From the IMG/VR virus record IMGVR_UViG_3300000205_000001, positions 62,001 through 99,180 of that record: DNA of 37,180 nucleotides; one strand, 5' to 3'. Made by a program: the position numbers and the translations under genes. This DNA is from an uncultured virus (IMG/VR IMGVR_UViG_3300000205_000001). Its lineage: Duplodnaviria; Heunggongvirae; Uroviricota; Caudoviricetes. Numbering within the stretch: position 1 is the stretch's first letter; each line of letters begins with the position of its first letter. The notes beneath the pieces were generated by a model. That model was not told the origin of the DNA, did no database searches, and saw only the letters and a list, made by a program, of their open reading frames with translations. Of the stretch, positions 18,842 to 29,469 are shown piece by piece.

Positions 18842-19377
18842 ACTTCACATTTGCAACCGTAGACGTGAAGCATGAGCTGGCAACCATACTGGTGCAGGAG
18901 CTTCCCGAGCACGGCTTTCCCAACGTGAAGGTTCTGAAAGCCGACCCCCAAACGCCTTCGGAACTCCCGTGTGTGGGCATCAACCGCCTAGACGACACGG
19001 AGACGAACCAAACCATATCGGACGAGCATGGGACGCGGTTCAACCCCGACACGCAAACGCTGATAGAATTCCGAGGCACCTTCTTTTCCGAATCGGTGGA
19101 ATTGCGCGTATGGCACACCAACGCTGATGAGCGAGACAAGCTCTATCAGGCGGTCAAAGCCATTGCGTTCGCCCACCGTATGGAGCTGGTGGACAAGGGA
19201 CTTCTCAATGTCAGCTTGCGCGGCGGAAGGGACGAGCAGGACAGCACCATGGCACAGGCACCAACCGTCCTCTACTGGTCTACCATCACCATGACCTATC
19301 TGAATCCTTTGAATGTCGAAATCGTTTCGACTGTGCCGCCTATCACTTCTGTTACTGACACCGGAACGGTCAAATAA
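18838..19377 (+). CDS. Putative tail terminator protein
   Basis: ATGA overlap; ELPCVGI motif; lies just before the sheath gene. Confidence 0.55.
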   Translation: MNFTFATVDVKHELATILVQELPEHGFPNVKVLKADPQTPSELPCVGINRLDDTETNQTISDEHGTRFNPDTQTLIEFRGTFFSESVELRVWHTNADERDKLYQAVKAIAFAHRMELVDKGLLNVSLRGGRDEQDSTMAQAPTVLYWSTITMTYLNPLNVEIVSTVPPITSVTDTGTVK

Positions 19378-19391
19378 GGAGGGATGAGGTT

Positions 19392-19616
19392 ATGTCTACG
19401 AAAAGAAAACAATCTTCCGAAGCGAAATCTTCGGAAGTGAGAACTTCCGAAGCCGTGCTGGACTTTGACCAGTACGTAGCTGAAGCGAAGGTAAACCGTG
19501 GACTTGTCGCCAGCTTTAAGTACGAAGCGCGAAAAGACGCTTCCCTGCTGGAACCGAAGACCAAGGAAGACTGGGACAAGGCTTTCCAAGCTCAATCCGC
19601 AAGAGTCTACAAATAA
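19392..19616 (+). CDS. Small hypothetical protein preceding the sheath gene
   Basis: RBS GAGG, 74 aa, co-oriented. Confidence 0.65.
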   Translation: MSTKRKQSSEAKSSEVRTSEAVLDFDQYVAEAKVNRGLVASFKYEARKDASLLEPKTKEDWDKAFQAQSARVYK

Positions 19617-19637
19617 CAACGAAGGGGGTAAACCGGG

Positions 19638-20747
19638 ATGAACATTTCTTTTGGTGGCGCTTCTATCAGACGACCGGGCGCATACTCCACTGTGGATACC
19701 GACAAGATGGTACCCATTACGCTGGGCGCGTTCAACGTGCTGGCGTTCGTGGGCGTAGCTCCGGCACCCGCCGGGCAAGAGGCAACCGCATTGGAACCCG
19801 GGAAAGTCTACTACTTCAACAATCCTACGCTGGCACGGCAGGCTATCGGGGATTCCGAACTGCTGGATTGCATGAACATTGCGTGGAAGCACGGAGCTGA
19901 CCTGATTGCGGTATCTCCGGTAAGTGTAACTGCACCTGAAACCGCTCCTACGGACGCCGAATGGCAGGAAGCCATTGACGCGCTGGACGTGGAATTCGTG
20001 GACGGCATCATTCCTGTGACAAGCGAACCTGCTATCCATGCGAAGGTGGATACGCACGTCACGAACGCTTCTTCGGTAACGAACCGCAAAGAGCGCCGCG
20101 CCTTCTACGGTCACGCCAATGGGCTGACGGTGCAGGAAATCACAGCGCTTCAGGCGGCGCTGAACACCGAGCGCGGCATGATGGCAACGCCGGGCGTCTA
20201 CGTCTACGATTCGACGGGTGCGAAGGTTCTGAAGCCTTCCTACTACTTGGCTTCCGCTTACGCCGGACTGTGGGCTTCCCAGCCGCCGCAGGAACCGCTC
20301 ACCTACAAATACGTGAAGTTCGATGGTCTGGAAGTCCTCTATAACGGGACGCAAATCATCGAGCTGTTGGATGGGCATATCGCTCCTGTGGAGTACGTCC
20401 GCAATAAGGGTTACCGAATTGTGCAGGGTATCACTCTTTCCTCTTCGGCTGACCTGACCAAGCAAGAGCTGTCCGTGTCCACGCTCAAAGACGTGATGAG
20501 CAAGAACCTCCGCGAGTACTTCGAAGAGAAGTACGTAGGGAAGGCAGGCGTGGCTGGCATCGAAGTCACCATGACCAACGACCTGCTCACCATGATTGAA
20601 AAGTTCGTGGAAGCGGGCTGGTTGCGGGGGTACGTGCCGGAGTCCGTGCGCGTTACGAGAAACGGCACAGCGTTCTACTTGGAGTACGAAGGACAGCCGA
20701 CCTTGCCGATTAACAACATTCTGATTACGTCCCACTTCACTCTGTAA
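19638..20747 (+). CDS. Tail sheath protein (compact)
   Basis: N-terminal RPGAYS, EPLTYK, YRIVQGIT, C-terminal PTLPINNILIT; upstream of the tube gene. Confidence 0.88.
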   Translation: MNISFGGASIRRPGAYSTVDTDKMVPITLGAFNVLAFVGVAPAPAGQEATALEPGKVYYFNNPTLARQAIGDSELLDCMNIAWKHGADLIAVSPVSVTAPETAPTDAEWQEAIDALDVEFVDGIIPVTSEPAIHAKVDTHVTNASSVTNRKERRAFYGHANGLTVQEITALQAALNTERGMMATPGVYVYDSTGAKVLKPSYYLASAYAGLWASQPPQEPLTYKYVKFDGLEVLYNGTQIIELLDGHIAPVEYVRNKGYRIVQGITLSSSADLTKQELSVSTLKDVMSKNLREYFEEKYVGKAGVAGIEVTMTNDLLTMIEKFVEAGWLRGYVPESVRVTRNGTAFYLEYEGQPTLPINNILITSHFTL

Positions 20748-20773
20748 GGGACTTCCGAAGGGGGTAGAAACAC

Positions 20774-21259
20774 ATGGCTAACCTGAAGAACCAACAAGTC
20801 CATGCTGGTCACACCATTAAGCTGAAGGTGGACGGGCAGGAAATCGGGCGGGCACAGTCGATTGACGGACGCCGCTCCTTCGGGCAAGAGGGCGTGTACG
20901 AAATCGGTTCTATCATGCCACGGGAACACGTAGCGCTCCGCTACGAAGGCACCGTTACGCTGGACAAGTTCCGCATCCGTACGAAGTCCTTGGCAGACTT
21001 GGGGCTGGCTTCCCTTGGCGTGGGAATCCTGAACATGGACGTTATCGACATCGAAGTAACCGACCGCCACACGGGCGAAGTGGTTATCGTCTATGTCGGG
21101 TGCTCCTTGCAGGACTACAGCGAAAGCTTCCGAGCCAACGCAATTGCCGGGGAAAACGCTACGTGGACGTACCTGTACGCGCACCGTGGCAACGGCACGA
21201 AGGAGACCATCCAAGACGCCAGCACGGTAAACGTGAAGTCGCCGTCTTACACTGAATAA
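20774..21259 (+). CDS. Tail tube protein
   Basis: IGRAQSIDGRRSFGQEGVYEIGSIMPREHV..RYEGTVTL, resembling Twort/SPO1-like tube proteins. Confidence 0.88.
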   Translation: MANLKNQQVHAGHTIKLKVDGQEIGRAQSIDGRRSFGQEGVYEIGSIMPREHVALRYEGTVTLDKFRIRTKSLADLGLASLGVGILNMDVIDIEVTDRHTGEVVIVYVGCSLQDYSESFRANAIAGENATWTYLYAHRGNGTKETIQDASTVNVKSPSYTE

Positions 21260-21275
21260 TCTTCGGAAGCGCAAA

Positions 21276-21312
21276 ACAACCTCTACCGCTATGGTAGGGG
21301 TTGTCCTATAAT
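21276..21312 (+). promoter_or_regulatory. Hairpin after the tube gene followed by TATAAT
   Basis: acaacctctacc-gctat-ggtaggggttgt (21276-21304), then TATAAT at 21307-21312 with no clear -35. Confidence 0.4.
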
Positions 21313-21350
21313 AGGGATGAACTACCAATACCAAGAAGGAGCTGGATGAA

Positions 21351-21851
21351 ATGTCGCAACCTATCGGAAATGAAGCGAACCTTGCCAAAGTGAGACAGCT
21401 TATGGCGCAAAACCAGCAAGTGCAACAAGGCGGGAACATGACCCACGGGATTTTTATTGATTACGTCTCCCAGGAAGGAAACCACTACACGGGCACTGTG
21501 GTGGTGAAGCGCCCCACCGTCATGGACTACATGAAGATGGGTGGTCTCAAATCGGAGTACTTGCGCCAAGCAGGGGTGCAGGACGCCAACCTTGTGGACG
21601 ATACTGTGAAAATTCTGGCGCATGCTTTGGCTACGCTGAAAGTCGTCGTTGTAAAGTGCCCGGAATGGCTCATGGACATGGACAACATTAGGGAAATTGA
21701 CGTTCTCTACCACGTCTTCGATAAGTACGAGGAATGGGATTACTCCTTTCGCAAACCAGTTCAGGCAGAACCTATCGGAGCTGGCGAAGCTTCCGAGTCA
21801 GCGGGAGCTGTGGATACTTCGGAAGTTTTACGGGAACCTGCCGCCGACTGA
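21351..21851 (+). CDS. Tail assembly chaperone (G-like)
   Basis: Between tube and tape measure; YTGTVVVKRPT, ATLKVVVVKCPEW. Confidence 0.75.
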   Translation: MSQPIGNEANLAKVRQLMAQNQQVQQGGNMTHGIFIDYVSQEGNHYTGTVVVKRPTVMDYMKMGGLKSEYLRQAGVQDANLVDDTVKILAHALATLKVVVVKCPEWLMDMDNIREIDVLYHVFDKYEEWDYSFRKPVQAEPIGAGEASESAGAVDTSEVLREPAAD

Positions 21852-22089
21852 CCCGCGCATTTTGGCAATGACGCCGGAGCAAATCGCACTGGAGTTCGCC
21901 AACATGAAGCTGGACAAGGAACTTCAGGAGGGCGGAAACGAAGTCTTTACGGACGACACGTACGAAGAGTACGAAAGGGAGATGGACGAGATAGACAGCA
22001 AGCTATCCGACCTTCCCATCATAGCAGATGCAGGAGCTTCCGAAGCCCTGCTGTACAAAGACCCGGACGACTGGGAGGACGTTGAGTAG
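21748..22089 (+). CDS. Tail assembly chaperone frameshift extension (GT-like, +1 frame)
   Basis: Overlapping +1 ORF with no good start of its own; LW...LPPTDPRI..MTPEQI motif; candidate shift site TCC TTT CGC at 21744-21752. Confidence 0.65.
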   Translation, partial: FANQFRQNLSELAKLPSQRELWILRKFYGNLPPTDPRILAMTPEQIALEFANMKLDKELQEGGNEVFTDDTYEEYEREMDEIDSKLSDLPIIADAGASEALLYKDPDDWEDVE

Positions 22090-22153
22090 ACGTTCAGCAG
22101 TTCCCTGAATCTGTCGGGAATCTCACACAACTTGATAAGGGGGTGACCTTTCC

Positions 22154-25129
22154 ATGGTGAACGAACAGTCTATCCGCATAACAGCGCGGGGCGAGTTCGG
22201 ACAACTACAGCGTGGATTGAAGAGCCTCCAAAGTGACCTGAAGAACGTCATAGGTGAGATAGACCGGGGCGCACGAAGGGGAGGGATTTTCGACGAATCC
22301 CAGCTTCGTGCGCTCGAATTGTTTAGGCGGCGCTTCAAGGACACGATGGGGGAACTGGAGCGGGAGTTCGAAAGGCAAAACCGAGCCATCGACGAGCTTC
22401 ACAAACGCATGAGTCGGGCTTCAGGAGAAGACAAAAAGAACATCCGGGAGCAGATTATGCTTCGGGAGCGTGAGCTGGACGTTCTCCGAAGACAGCTCAT
22501 GGAGATAGAGCGTATCTATAACCGGAGAAACCAAGAAGCCAGCACCTACCGCACCGAAGGTGCACCCGGCGGGGGTGAAGCTGGTGGCGGTGCAGGCGGT
22601 GCTGGTCTGCTGTCGCTTGTGCTGGGACGCTTTGGCGGAGCCGCCAAATTCGCACTTGGCATGACAGGCATCGGCGGGATACTTGCCCTTGCACAGGATG
22701 CCTACCAGCAGGCGTTTGCCCGGGAAGTCAATTCGCTTGACCTTGCCCAGCGTCTTCGCGGCTACGGCTTCGGAGGAAGCGCGACCAGCATCTACGACCA
22801 AGTTTCCGCCATCGGAAGGCGCGACCGCATGGGCTACACAGCGGCGGAGTCGTGGATGCTTCAGGATGTGTACACCCAACGCGCCGGAACCTTGGGCGTT
22901 GCCGGGCAATATGCGCTTCAGCGCTTCGCCCGTGGGTACGGTCTGGACGCCACTGTGGTGGGCGGAACCGTAGCGGGTATCCGTGCACTTGGCGGGGTAT
23001 CCAGCCCTGAACAGTTTACCGACTTGATAGCCGCAAGCGTGGCGAAGTCCGGTATGACCCCACGGATTTTGGAAGTGATGGAAACCCACACCGGGCTTCT
23101 GGAACAGCTCAATACCACCTTCAAAGAAGGCTCTTCCCGCCAAATCCTTGCCTATCAGACCATTCTTGACCGTGCCGGGAACCGAAGCGGGATGATGGGG
23201 CTGACCGGGCAGGCGGGAGCCAGCATCATTGCCGGGCTTGGCGGTATCTTTGCGCCGGGTAGTGACAAGTGGAAGTGGCTGGGCATCGAAGCCCTTCAGA
23301 AGTTCAATCCGCAGAAATACGGGAACATGGGGCTGTATGAGCTGGAACGCGCCTTCGAAGACGGGCTGGTGAACACCGACAACCTCCCGGCTATGGTGCA
23401 ACTGCTCCGGGCGAAGTTCGGCGGGAACACCACGTACATCAAGCGCGGGATTCAGCAATGGCTCATCGACGGCGGCTACAACGCAACCAAGCGCCAAGTA
23501 GACGACCTGTTTGCCGCCACCAATGGTTTTACCGACTTCAGCAAGGCAAACATCGAAGCCATCATGAACGCCCAAGGAGACGGAGGCGCGAAATACGCCG
23601 AACGGATGGGAGAGCGCGGACAAGGCTTCTTGGATACCGAAGCCCGGTTCCAAAAAGCGCTGGAGGGTATTGGAAGCCAGTTCGTGGGGCTGGTGCAAGG
23701 ACTGAAGGAGGCGACCACCACCGGGCTGGAGCTGATAAATGGCACCACCAACTTAACAGACGCCATTAACCGTTTGAATGACCTGTTTGAAAACTACCTG
23801 CGGCAAAACGGCTTGATGCCTTCCGGCGGTGTTGTGGAATCCGTCTGGAACGCAATTACGGGTAGCGGCACGAAGGACAAAAAGCTTGCCATGCAGGAGC
23901 ACATCCAGCGTCTTAAAGAAGACCCGGTGTACGCCCGCCTGCATGCTTACCAACAAATGTACGCCCGCGACCCGTGGGGCACAAACCCGGTGTCTGCCAC
24001 CGGGAACGCCATCGGAGACAAGGTAAAGAGCGGTGCCCGTTCCCTGATAGATGCGCTGGGGCTTACTGAAGCCTTGGAGTGGCTGGGCAACCTTGGCGGA
24101 TTGTTGGGGGACGACAACCCGTTGGAAAAGTTGGAATCCAAGGGTACCCAAAACATCAAGGAATTCCAGACCATGGGGAACCGCCAGATTGGTCAGTTCA
24201 AAGACGAGTCCTCCCGGAACATCAGAAGCATGAAAGAGGACACGTCCAAGCACATGAGCGCCATCGCTACCGAGCACAAAAGCTTCTTGCAACGGCTGTC
24301 TGACTGGTTCATGCCGACTGCCTATGCGGCGGAAGCTTCCATGGGAATTGGCGGAGACTTCGGAAGCGGAACTCTTGTTGAGCAGGCGACGAAGCTCATC
24401 ATGCGCGGGGAAGGCGGCTACAGCTCCGTCAACCAAAATGACAGCGGGGCACTGAGCATCGGAAAGTTCCAATGGCACGGGAACCGCGCAAGAGACCTGC
24501 TGGCGCGAATTGCAAAAGCTGACCCTGCCACCTTCCGAAGCATCATGGGAGATTCCGCTTTAGGGGAAGAAGTGCTAAAGGGTGCCGACTTCAGTAGCCG
24601 CACCCTGAGTGCCTACGAAGCGGGCTTGCTGGAGAAGCTTCTGAATACGCCCGTTGGGCGCAGTATCCAAGACCAACTGGCGGCTTCCGATGTCAGCCGC
24701 TACTTGCAGATTGGGCGTCAGTACGGGGTGACCGACAGCCGGGCACTTGCCTACTTCGCTGACCTGTACAACCAAAGCCCGCTTCGGGCTATCGAAATTG
24801 CGAAGCGCTCCAACGGCACACTGTCGAGCCTGCATCAACTGGCATTGGCTGACCCGGTAATGGGCAGGTACAGCACCCGCCGAAACAACGCCTTCGCTTT
24901 TGCAGGAAGCGCAGGCATCACGGACAGCTCTTTCATAGCGCCTACGGTGTCCATGGGCGGCACGGGGCGTTTGGATGCGAACGTGTCCATCCACATCACG
25001 GGAGAGGGCGCGAATCAGCTTAACTCCATGAGCCGCACCGCACTGGAGCAGATGGTTCGGAAGGTTATCATCGACATCTCCCGTCAAAACCTGCAACTCA
25101 ATCCGACGAGAACGGGGTGGGGTGGATGA
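22154..25129 (+). CDS. Tape measure protein with C-terminal lysozyme-like domain
   Basis: 991 aa, helical and Gly/Ala-rich; [22 protein letters not shown] at ~24410-24475 resembles a muramidase catalytic region. Confidence 0.85.
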   Translation: MVNEQSIRITARGEFGQLQRGLKSLQSDLKNVIGEIDRGARRGGIFDESQLRALELFRRRFKDTMGELEREFERQNRAIDELHKRMSRASGEDKKNIREQIMLRERELDVLRRQLMEIERIYNRRNQEASTYRTEGAPGGGEAGGGAGGAGLLSLVLGRFGGAAKFALGMTGIGGILALAQDAYQQAFAREVNSLDLAQRLRGYGFGGSATSIYDQVSAIGRRDRMGYTAAESWMLQDVYTQRAGTLGVAGQYALQRFARGYGLDATVVGGTVAGIRALGGVSSPEQFTDLIAASVAKSGMTPRILEVMETHTGLLEQLNTTFKEGSSRQILAYQTILDRAGNRSGMMGLTGQAGASIIAGLGGIFAPGSDKWKWLGIEALQKFNPQKYGNMGLYELERAFEDGLVNTDNLPAMVQLLRAKFGGNTTYIKRGIQQWLIDGGYNATKRQVDDLFAATNGFTDFSKANIEAIMNAQGDGGAKYAERMGERGQGFLDTEARFQKALEGIGSQFVGLVQGLKEATTTGLELINGTTNLTDAINRLNDLFENYLRQNGLMPSGGVVESVWNAITGSGTKDKKLAMQEHIQRLKEDPVYARLHAYQQMYARDPWGTNPVSATGNAIGDKVKSGARSLIDALGLTEALEWLGNLGGLLGDDNPLEKLESKGTQNIKEFQTMGNRQIGQFKDESSRNIRSMKEDTSKHMSAIATEHKSFLQRLSDWFMPTAYAAEASMGIGGDFGSGTLVEQATKLIMRGEGGYSSVNQNDSGALSIGKFQWHGNRARDLLARIAKADPATFRSIMGDSALGEEVLKGADFSSRTLSAYEAGLLEKLLNTPVGRSIQDQLAASDVSRYLQIGRQYGVTDSRALAYFADLYNQSPLRAIEIAKRSNGTLSSLHQLALADPVMGRYSTRRNNAFAFAGSAGITDSSFIAPTVSMGGTGRLDANVSIHITGEGANQLNSMSRTALEQMVRKVIIDISRQNLQLNPTRTGWGG

Positions 25130-26892
25130 GCTACGTAGTTCGATTCCCCATGAACGGAAAGCGGTATGTCCCGATTATTCGGGTGTCCTTCCACACAGAA
25201 ACCAAATGCTACCAAACATCGGGCAAGTTTGTGGGGTTGGGCGGAACGCCTGACCCTACAGACCAAGTGCTCTCCGTCACCACGCAGAAAACGCTCAAAA
25301 ACCCGGCAGGAGCCTTCACCATCCAACTGGTGGGGGATGAATGGCTGTGGCGGTTGAAGTCAAATGACCTTGTGGTAATTCGCATGGGCTACAAGGCGGA
25401 AAACGGCAAGGAAGAGCTGGATACTGTCATGGTAGGGCTGATTGATACCGTAAGGCGCTTCCGAACCATCGGTGAGAACAACCCAACGGTGACCACCACC
25501 ATCACAGGAAGGGACTTCGGAAAAGTGCTCATCAAGTCGATGCTTCGTTTCTACCCGGAACTGGGGTGGAACAAAGAGAAGGAGCAGAAGTTCTTCCTGA
25601 CTGAAACCGGGTGGATTACGCTCATGAAGGCGTTTACCAACGAGAACGCCATTAAGGGTTCCCCGGCGAAGGTACTGGACACCATCATGCGCTACATCCT
25701 CCAGCAAATCGTGGACGTACAGTGGACGGTCTACGACGAATCCGGGGCAGAACCAATTCCGAAGAAAGTGGAGCTGGCGCACATCCTCCGCTACAACTTC
25801 GCCCAAGTAGACCTGTTTCTGCCGCTGTTCATGACCGCCCAGCAGTACGAGGGTAGCATCTGGAACCTGATGGAGCGGGCATCCATCAAGCCGTTTACCG
25901 AGCTGTTTGTAGACACCCGGGACGGCTTGGAGGCGTGGAACCCGGGAACTGCTCCCCGGGTGGTGAACGAAACCATTGAAGAGTCCAGCTCCCCAAGCAA
26001 GGCAGGCAAACCGAAGGCGGAGGGTGGCTACGTATCACCACGTTTCAGCTTCGGAAGCGACAATGCGGCGGTTATGGTAGCACTCCGCAATACGCCTTTT
26101 GACAAGAGCGCATGGGAAAAGCTGAAGACGCACGACCTCCCCGCCGAAGACGTGATAAGCGAAGACCTGTCCTTCTCCGATGATGAGCACTACAACCTGT
26201 TTTGGGCGGGGACGACCATCACGCCGTTCAGTACGCTTGACTTGAAGCGGGAAGCGCCGCCGCTTATCAACGAAGAGAACGTGAAGCGCTACGGGCTTTC
26301 TCCTTTGGAAGTCACCATCGAAGGGATGGAGATGCTGAAGGAAAAAGAATCCGAACAAAAGGTGAAGCTGGTGGGGCTGAGTCAGGCGTACAGCGCCAAG
26401 CTGAAGGCGTGGTTCGAGCACAACCACGAATACCTGTCCGGCACCATGGAAGTCCGGGGCAAAGGAAGCTACCGCATCGGTCAACGCCTGCTTCGGAAGG
26501 GCATCAACCGGGAATTTTACATCGAAGGCGTGAGCCAAAGCTTCCAAGTGTTCACGGGATGGACGACCCAGCTTGCCCTGACCCGTGGCATGGAGATAGG
26601 GAAGGCACCCGACCACACCGTTTACCTTCCGAAGCCTGTGGTACCGAAGCCTCCCGCCGTTCCTGCATCGAAGGCAACGCCCGCACAGATTGAAGAGGAA
26701 TACTACGTGGTCAAGAAAGGCGACACCCTGTGGAGCATTGCCGGGATGAGCAAATTCTATGGTGACCCGACCAAGTGGACGAAGATATGGGAAGCCAATA
26801 AGGAAATGCTCATCAAGCGCGACCCGCGCAACAGCAAAGACCCCGGACATTGGATTTACCCCGGACAGAAGCTTCGGATTCCGAAGAAATAG
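25126..26892 (+). CDS. Baseplate hub-like protein with C-terminal LysM
   Basis: ATGA overlap; [20 protein letters not shown]...[22 protein letters not shown]...[10 protein letters not shown] (LysM). Confidence 0.8.
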   Translation: MSYVVRFPMNGKRYVPIIRVSFHTETKCYQTSGKFVGLGGTPDPTDQVLSVTTQKTLKNPAGAFTIQLVGDEWLWRLKSNDLVVIRMGYKAENGKEELDTVMVGLIDTVRRFRTIGENNPTVTTTITGRDFGKVLIKSMLRFYPELGWNKEKEQKFFLTETGWITLMKAFTNENAIKGSPAKVLDTIMRYILQQIVDVQWTVYDESGAEPIPKKVELAHILRYNFAQVDLFLPLFMTAQQYEGSIWNLMERASIKPFTELFVDTRDGLEAWNPGTAPRVVNETIEESSSPSKAGKPKAEGGYVSPRFSFGSDNAAVMVALRNTPFDKSAWEKLKTHDLPAEDVISEDLSFSDDEHYNLFWAGTTITPFSTLDLKREAPPLINEENVKRYGLSPLEVTIEGMEMLKEKESEQKVKLVGLSQAYSAKLKAWFEHNHEYLSGTMEVRGKGSYRIGQRLLRKGINREFYIEGVSQSFQVFTGWTTQLALTRGMEIGKAPDHTVYLPKPVVPKPPAVPASKATPAQIEEEYYVVKKGDTLWSIAGMSKFYGDPTKWTKIWEANKEMLIKRDPRNSKDPGHWIYPGQKLRIPKK

Positions 26893-26903
26893 GAGGGATG
26901 AGC

Positions 26904-27548
26904 ATGCAAGAGCAAAGTGCCTTCGGAAGTCGGCAAGTGCACCGCCTTCCCCCGTACTCCGAAAGCAAGCTGGCGAGAGTGACCAGTACGAAGGACTACA
27001 TCAAGTACGGGCGCATCGAAGTGATTTTCTTGGACTACGGACAACCCGCGCCTGTGTGGGTAGTGGGCGACATCGACCGGGAGCCTGTGGAAGGCGACAT
27101 GGTAGTGGTAGGGTTCTTGGATAACCGCCAAGACTCTCCCTACCTCATCGGCTTTGTCAAAAACGAGAACTACACCACGAACTTTGTGGTGGTGAAGAAG
27201 GACAAGGTGAAGCTCCAGCTCCCCGTCTTCGAAATCGGGGTGAAAGACGGCAAGGCGCATAAGGACGTAAAGGAAAACCTGCTGGACAACGCCAAGCAGA
27301 CCCAGCGGGCGACCGTTGAAATGACCGCCGACCACCTGCTCATCCACTATCCGTTCGACCCGGAACTGGCACCCATGAAGATTGAACTTCGGAAGTCCGG
27401 GGAGATGGAACTGCGCCTGCCTGTCAAAAACCATTCGGACGCTTGGCTGAAGGCATCACCGTCCGGCTGGGAAATTTCCCATCCGACAGGCACGTTGACG
27501 GTCAAAAAGAACCAAGACCTGCCGAGCGCTGGAACAGTAAGCATCTAA
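26904..27548 (+). CDS. Putative baseplate spike (gpV/gp5 OB-fold-like)
   Basis: RBS AGGAGG; ARVTS...GRIEV...PVEGDMVVVGFLD...PYLIG. Confidence 0.6.
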   Translation: MQEQSAFGSRQVHRLPPYSESKLARVTSTKDYIKYGRIEVIFLDYGQPAPVWVVGDIDREPVEGDMVVVGFLDNRQDSPYLIGFVKNENYTTNFVVVKKDKVKLQLPVFEIGVKDGKAHKDVKENLLDNAKQTQRATVEMTADHLLIHYPFDPELAPMKIELRKSGEMELRLPVKNHSDAWLKASPSGWEISHPTGTLTVKKNQDLPSAGTVSI

Positions 27549-27562
27549 AGGGGGTGTACCGC

Positions 27563-28147
27563 ATGGCTCTTGTTCTACCCAGCACCGCCAAGCTGAAGAA
27601 GTTCTACCACCAAACCTTCGAAATCAAGAAGGGCACCACTACCGTAGCCCGCCATACCCTGCTGGTGAACCCGTCTGATATGTCCGTGACGGAACCCGCA
27701 CGGGCGCAGGTAACACAAACGCTGGGCGGTGCGTTCGTACAGGACTTCGGGCAAGGGCTTCCGCAGGTGACCATCTCCGGGATTACGGGCTACAAAGCCC
27801 GCTACAATTCCGAAGGGGAGCTACGGGACGGCTTCGAAGAGTTCCGCCATTTCCGCGACCAAATCTACCGGAAGTTCATTTCCGAGAACATACCGGACTA
27901 TTCCGCCTACTGGTATAATTGGGAAGACGAAGAATACTACCAAATTCAACCTATGAGCTTTCGTCTTCAGCGGAGTAAGTCGGAGCCGTTGCTGTACCGC
28001 TACGAGTTTCAATTCGTCTGCCTGCAACGGGCGGAAGTTCGCGGCGTAAAAACCACTTCCGAAGCCCCGGACTTCTCCAAAATGCTGACAAGCTTTGCAA
28101 GCGCCATGTCAGGGTTGAGCGAAGCCCTGTCGAAATTGAAGCGGTAA
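27563..28147 (+). CDS. Baseplate/tail tube initiator-like protein
   Basis: RBS GGGGTG; VNPSDMSVTEPAR..VTQTLGGAFVQDFG, PLLYRYE. Confidence 0.6.
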   Translation: MALVLPSTAKLKKFYHQTFEIKKGTTTVARHTLLVNPSDMSVTEPARAQVTQTLGGAFVQDFGQGLPQVTISGITGYKARYNSEGELRDGFEEFRHFRDQIYRKFISENIPDYSAYWYNWEDEEYYQIQPMSFRLQRSKSEPLLYRYEFQFVCLQRAEVRGVKTTSEAPDFSKMLTSFASAMSGLSEALSKLKR

Positions 28148-28160
28148 GGGGTGATACAGC

Positions 28161-28532
28161 ATGCCACTTATGGAACCGACCCATTACCTCCCGGATGAAG
28201 AAATCAACTTCCGAAACTACCCGGAGCTGTACACCGTATGGGACGACCTTCAGAAGATTAACGCCTACGCCACCCGGGTGCACAAGGCGCTGGCGGACTA
28301 CACCAGCGGGCAGTATGACAAAATCGACCTGAACACCGAAGAACTGAACTCGTACATCACCCTGTGCCGAAACGTCTGTAGCGTTCTTGGACAGGCTCCG
28401 AAAGTGTGTTTTGACATCCTGCTGGACTTGCGGGAGCTTCAGTACCACATGCAAATACTCCTGTACAATCGCAGGCGCTTCGGAAGCAAGTTCATCGGCA
28501 CACCATCAACCAGCGGGGAGGGTGACCTGTAA
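28161..28532 (+). CDS. Hypothetical baseplate-region protein
   Basis: RBS GGGGTGA, 123 aa, coupled to the next gene. Confidence 0.6.
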   Translation: MPLMEPTHYLPDEEINFRNYPELYTVWDDLQKINAYATRVHKALADYTSGQYDKIDLNTEELNSYITLCRNVCSVLGQAPKVCFDILLDLRELQYHMQILLYNRRRFGSKFIGTPSTSGEGDL

Positions 28533-29467
28533 TGGCGATAGAGCACCGACTGACAGACGCCGACACGCTCCAATCACTTGCCCTTCGGTACCTTGGCAAT
28601 GCCGATCGCTGGAAGGAGATTGTGGACTTCAACAAGCTGAGTCCGCCGTACATCGGAAAGGACAGAAGCGAACTGTACGACCACCACGCTTCCGGGTTCC
28701 TCATCGTAACCCGTACAAGCTCATCCCACCCCGTCACGATTCGAAAGGGCTGGACGTTTACCACATCCATCACCATGATGAATCAGATTCCGAAAGTGTA
28801 TGAAGTGGTGGAGGACGTGGTGATTCCTGCCGGGAAGGACTCCGCCTACGTGTATGTGCGCTGTACCGTGCCGGGTGTCTTCGGAAACGTCATGGAAGGC
28901 GCTATCGACACAGTAGGACAGAACACCTTGGAGCAGGCGGAGTTCAGCATCGAATCCGTGACCAATCCTGAGAAGTTCACCAACGGAAAAGAATACAACG
29001 TCCGCTTCTCCGGCGAAATCATCTACATTCCAACTTCCGAAGACGAAACGGGTGTGGAGGATATCGACCAGCTCCTTGCCAACGTGGGCGGAGAGGACTT
29101 CGTTTTGGATGCTGAAGGCAATCTGTTCTACGACAACTACGGCGATATCGCTTCCGTAAGCGGCGTGGACAACATCAAGCAAGCTGTGAAGGACAGGCTC
29201 ATGACGGAGAAGGGCGAGTACCCGCTCCACCCGGAGTATGGCACGAACATTCCATCCATCATCGGAACAGCACGGACACCTTACACCGAGCGCATGGTGA
29301 GACTGGAGATTCTGCAAGCCCTGTCGCTGGAAGACCGCATCGAAAACGTGCAAATTACTTCACTGACCATTGAGCACACAACCGTCTATGTGGAAGTGTC
29401 TTACACGGTGAAGCTGACCAGCGCAAATGAGAGCGTAGCCGTAACTATCAACGGGAGGGAGGCATAA
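28532..29467 (+). CDS. Baseplate wedge protein (N-terminal LysM-like, C-terminal gp25/W-like)
   Basis: DTLQSLALRYLGNADRWKEIVDFN; GVDNIKQAVKDRLMTEKGEYPLHPEYG. Confidence 0.8.
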   Translation: MAIEHRLTDADTLQSLALRYLGNADRWKEIVDFNKLSPPYIGKDRSELYDHHASGFLIVTRTSSSHPVTIRKGWTFTTSITMMNQIPKVYEVVEDVVIPAGKDSAYVYVRCTVPGVFGNVMEGAIDTVGQNTLEQAEFSIESVTNPEKFTNGKEYNVRFSGEIIYIPTSEDETGVEDIDQLLANVGGEDFVLDAEGNLFYDNYGDIASVSGVDNIKQAVKDRLMTEKGEYPLHPEYGTNIPSIIGTARTPYTERMVRLEILQALSLEDRIENVQITSLTIEHTTVYVEVSYTVKLTSANESVAVTINGREA

Positions 29468-29469
29468 CC

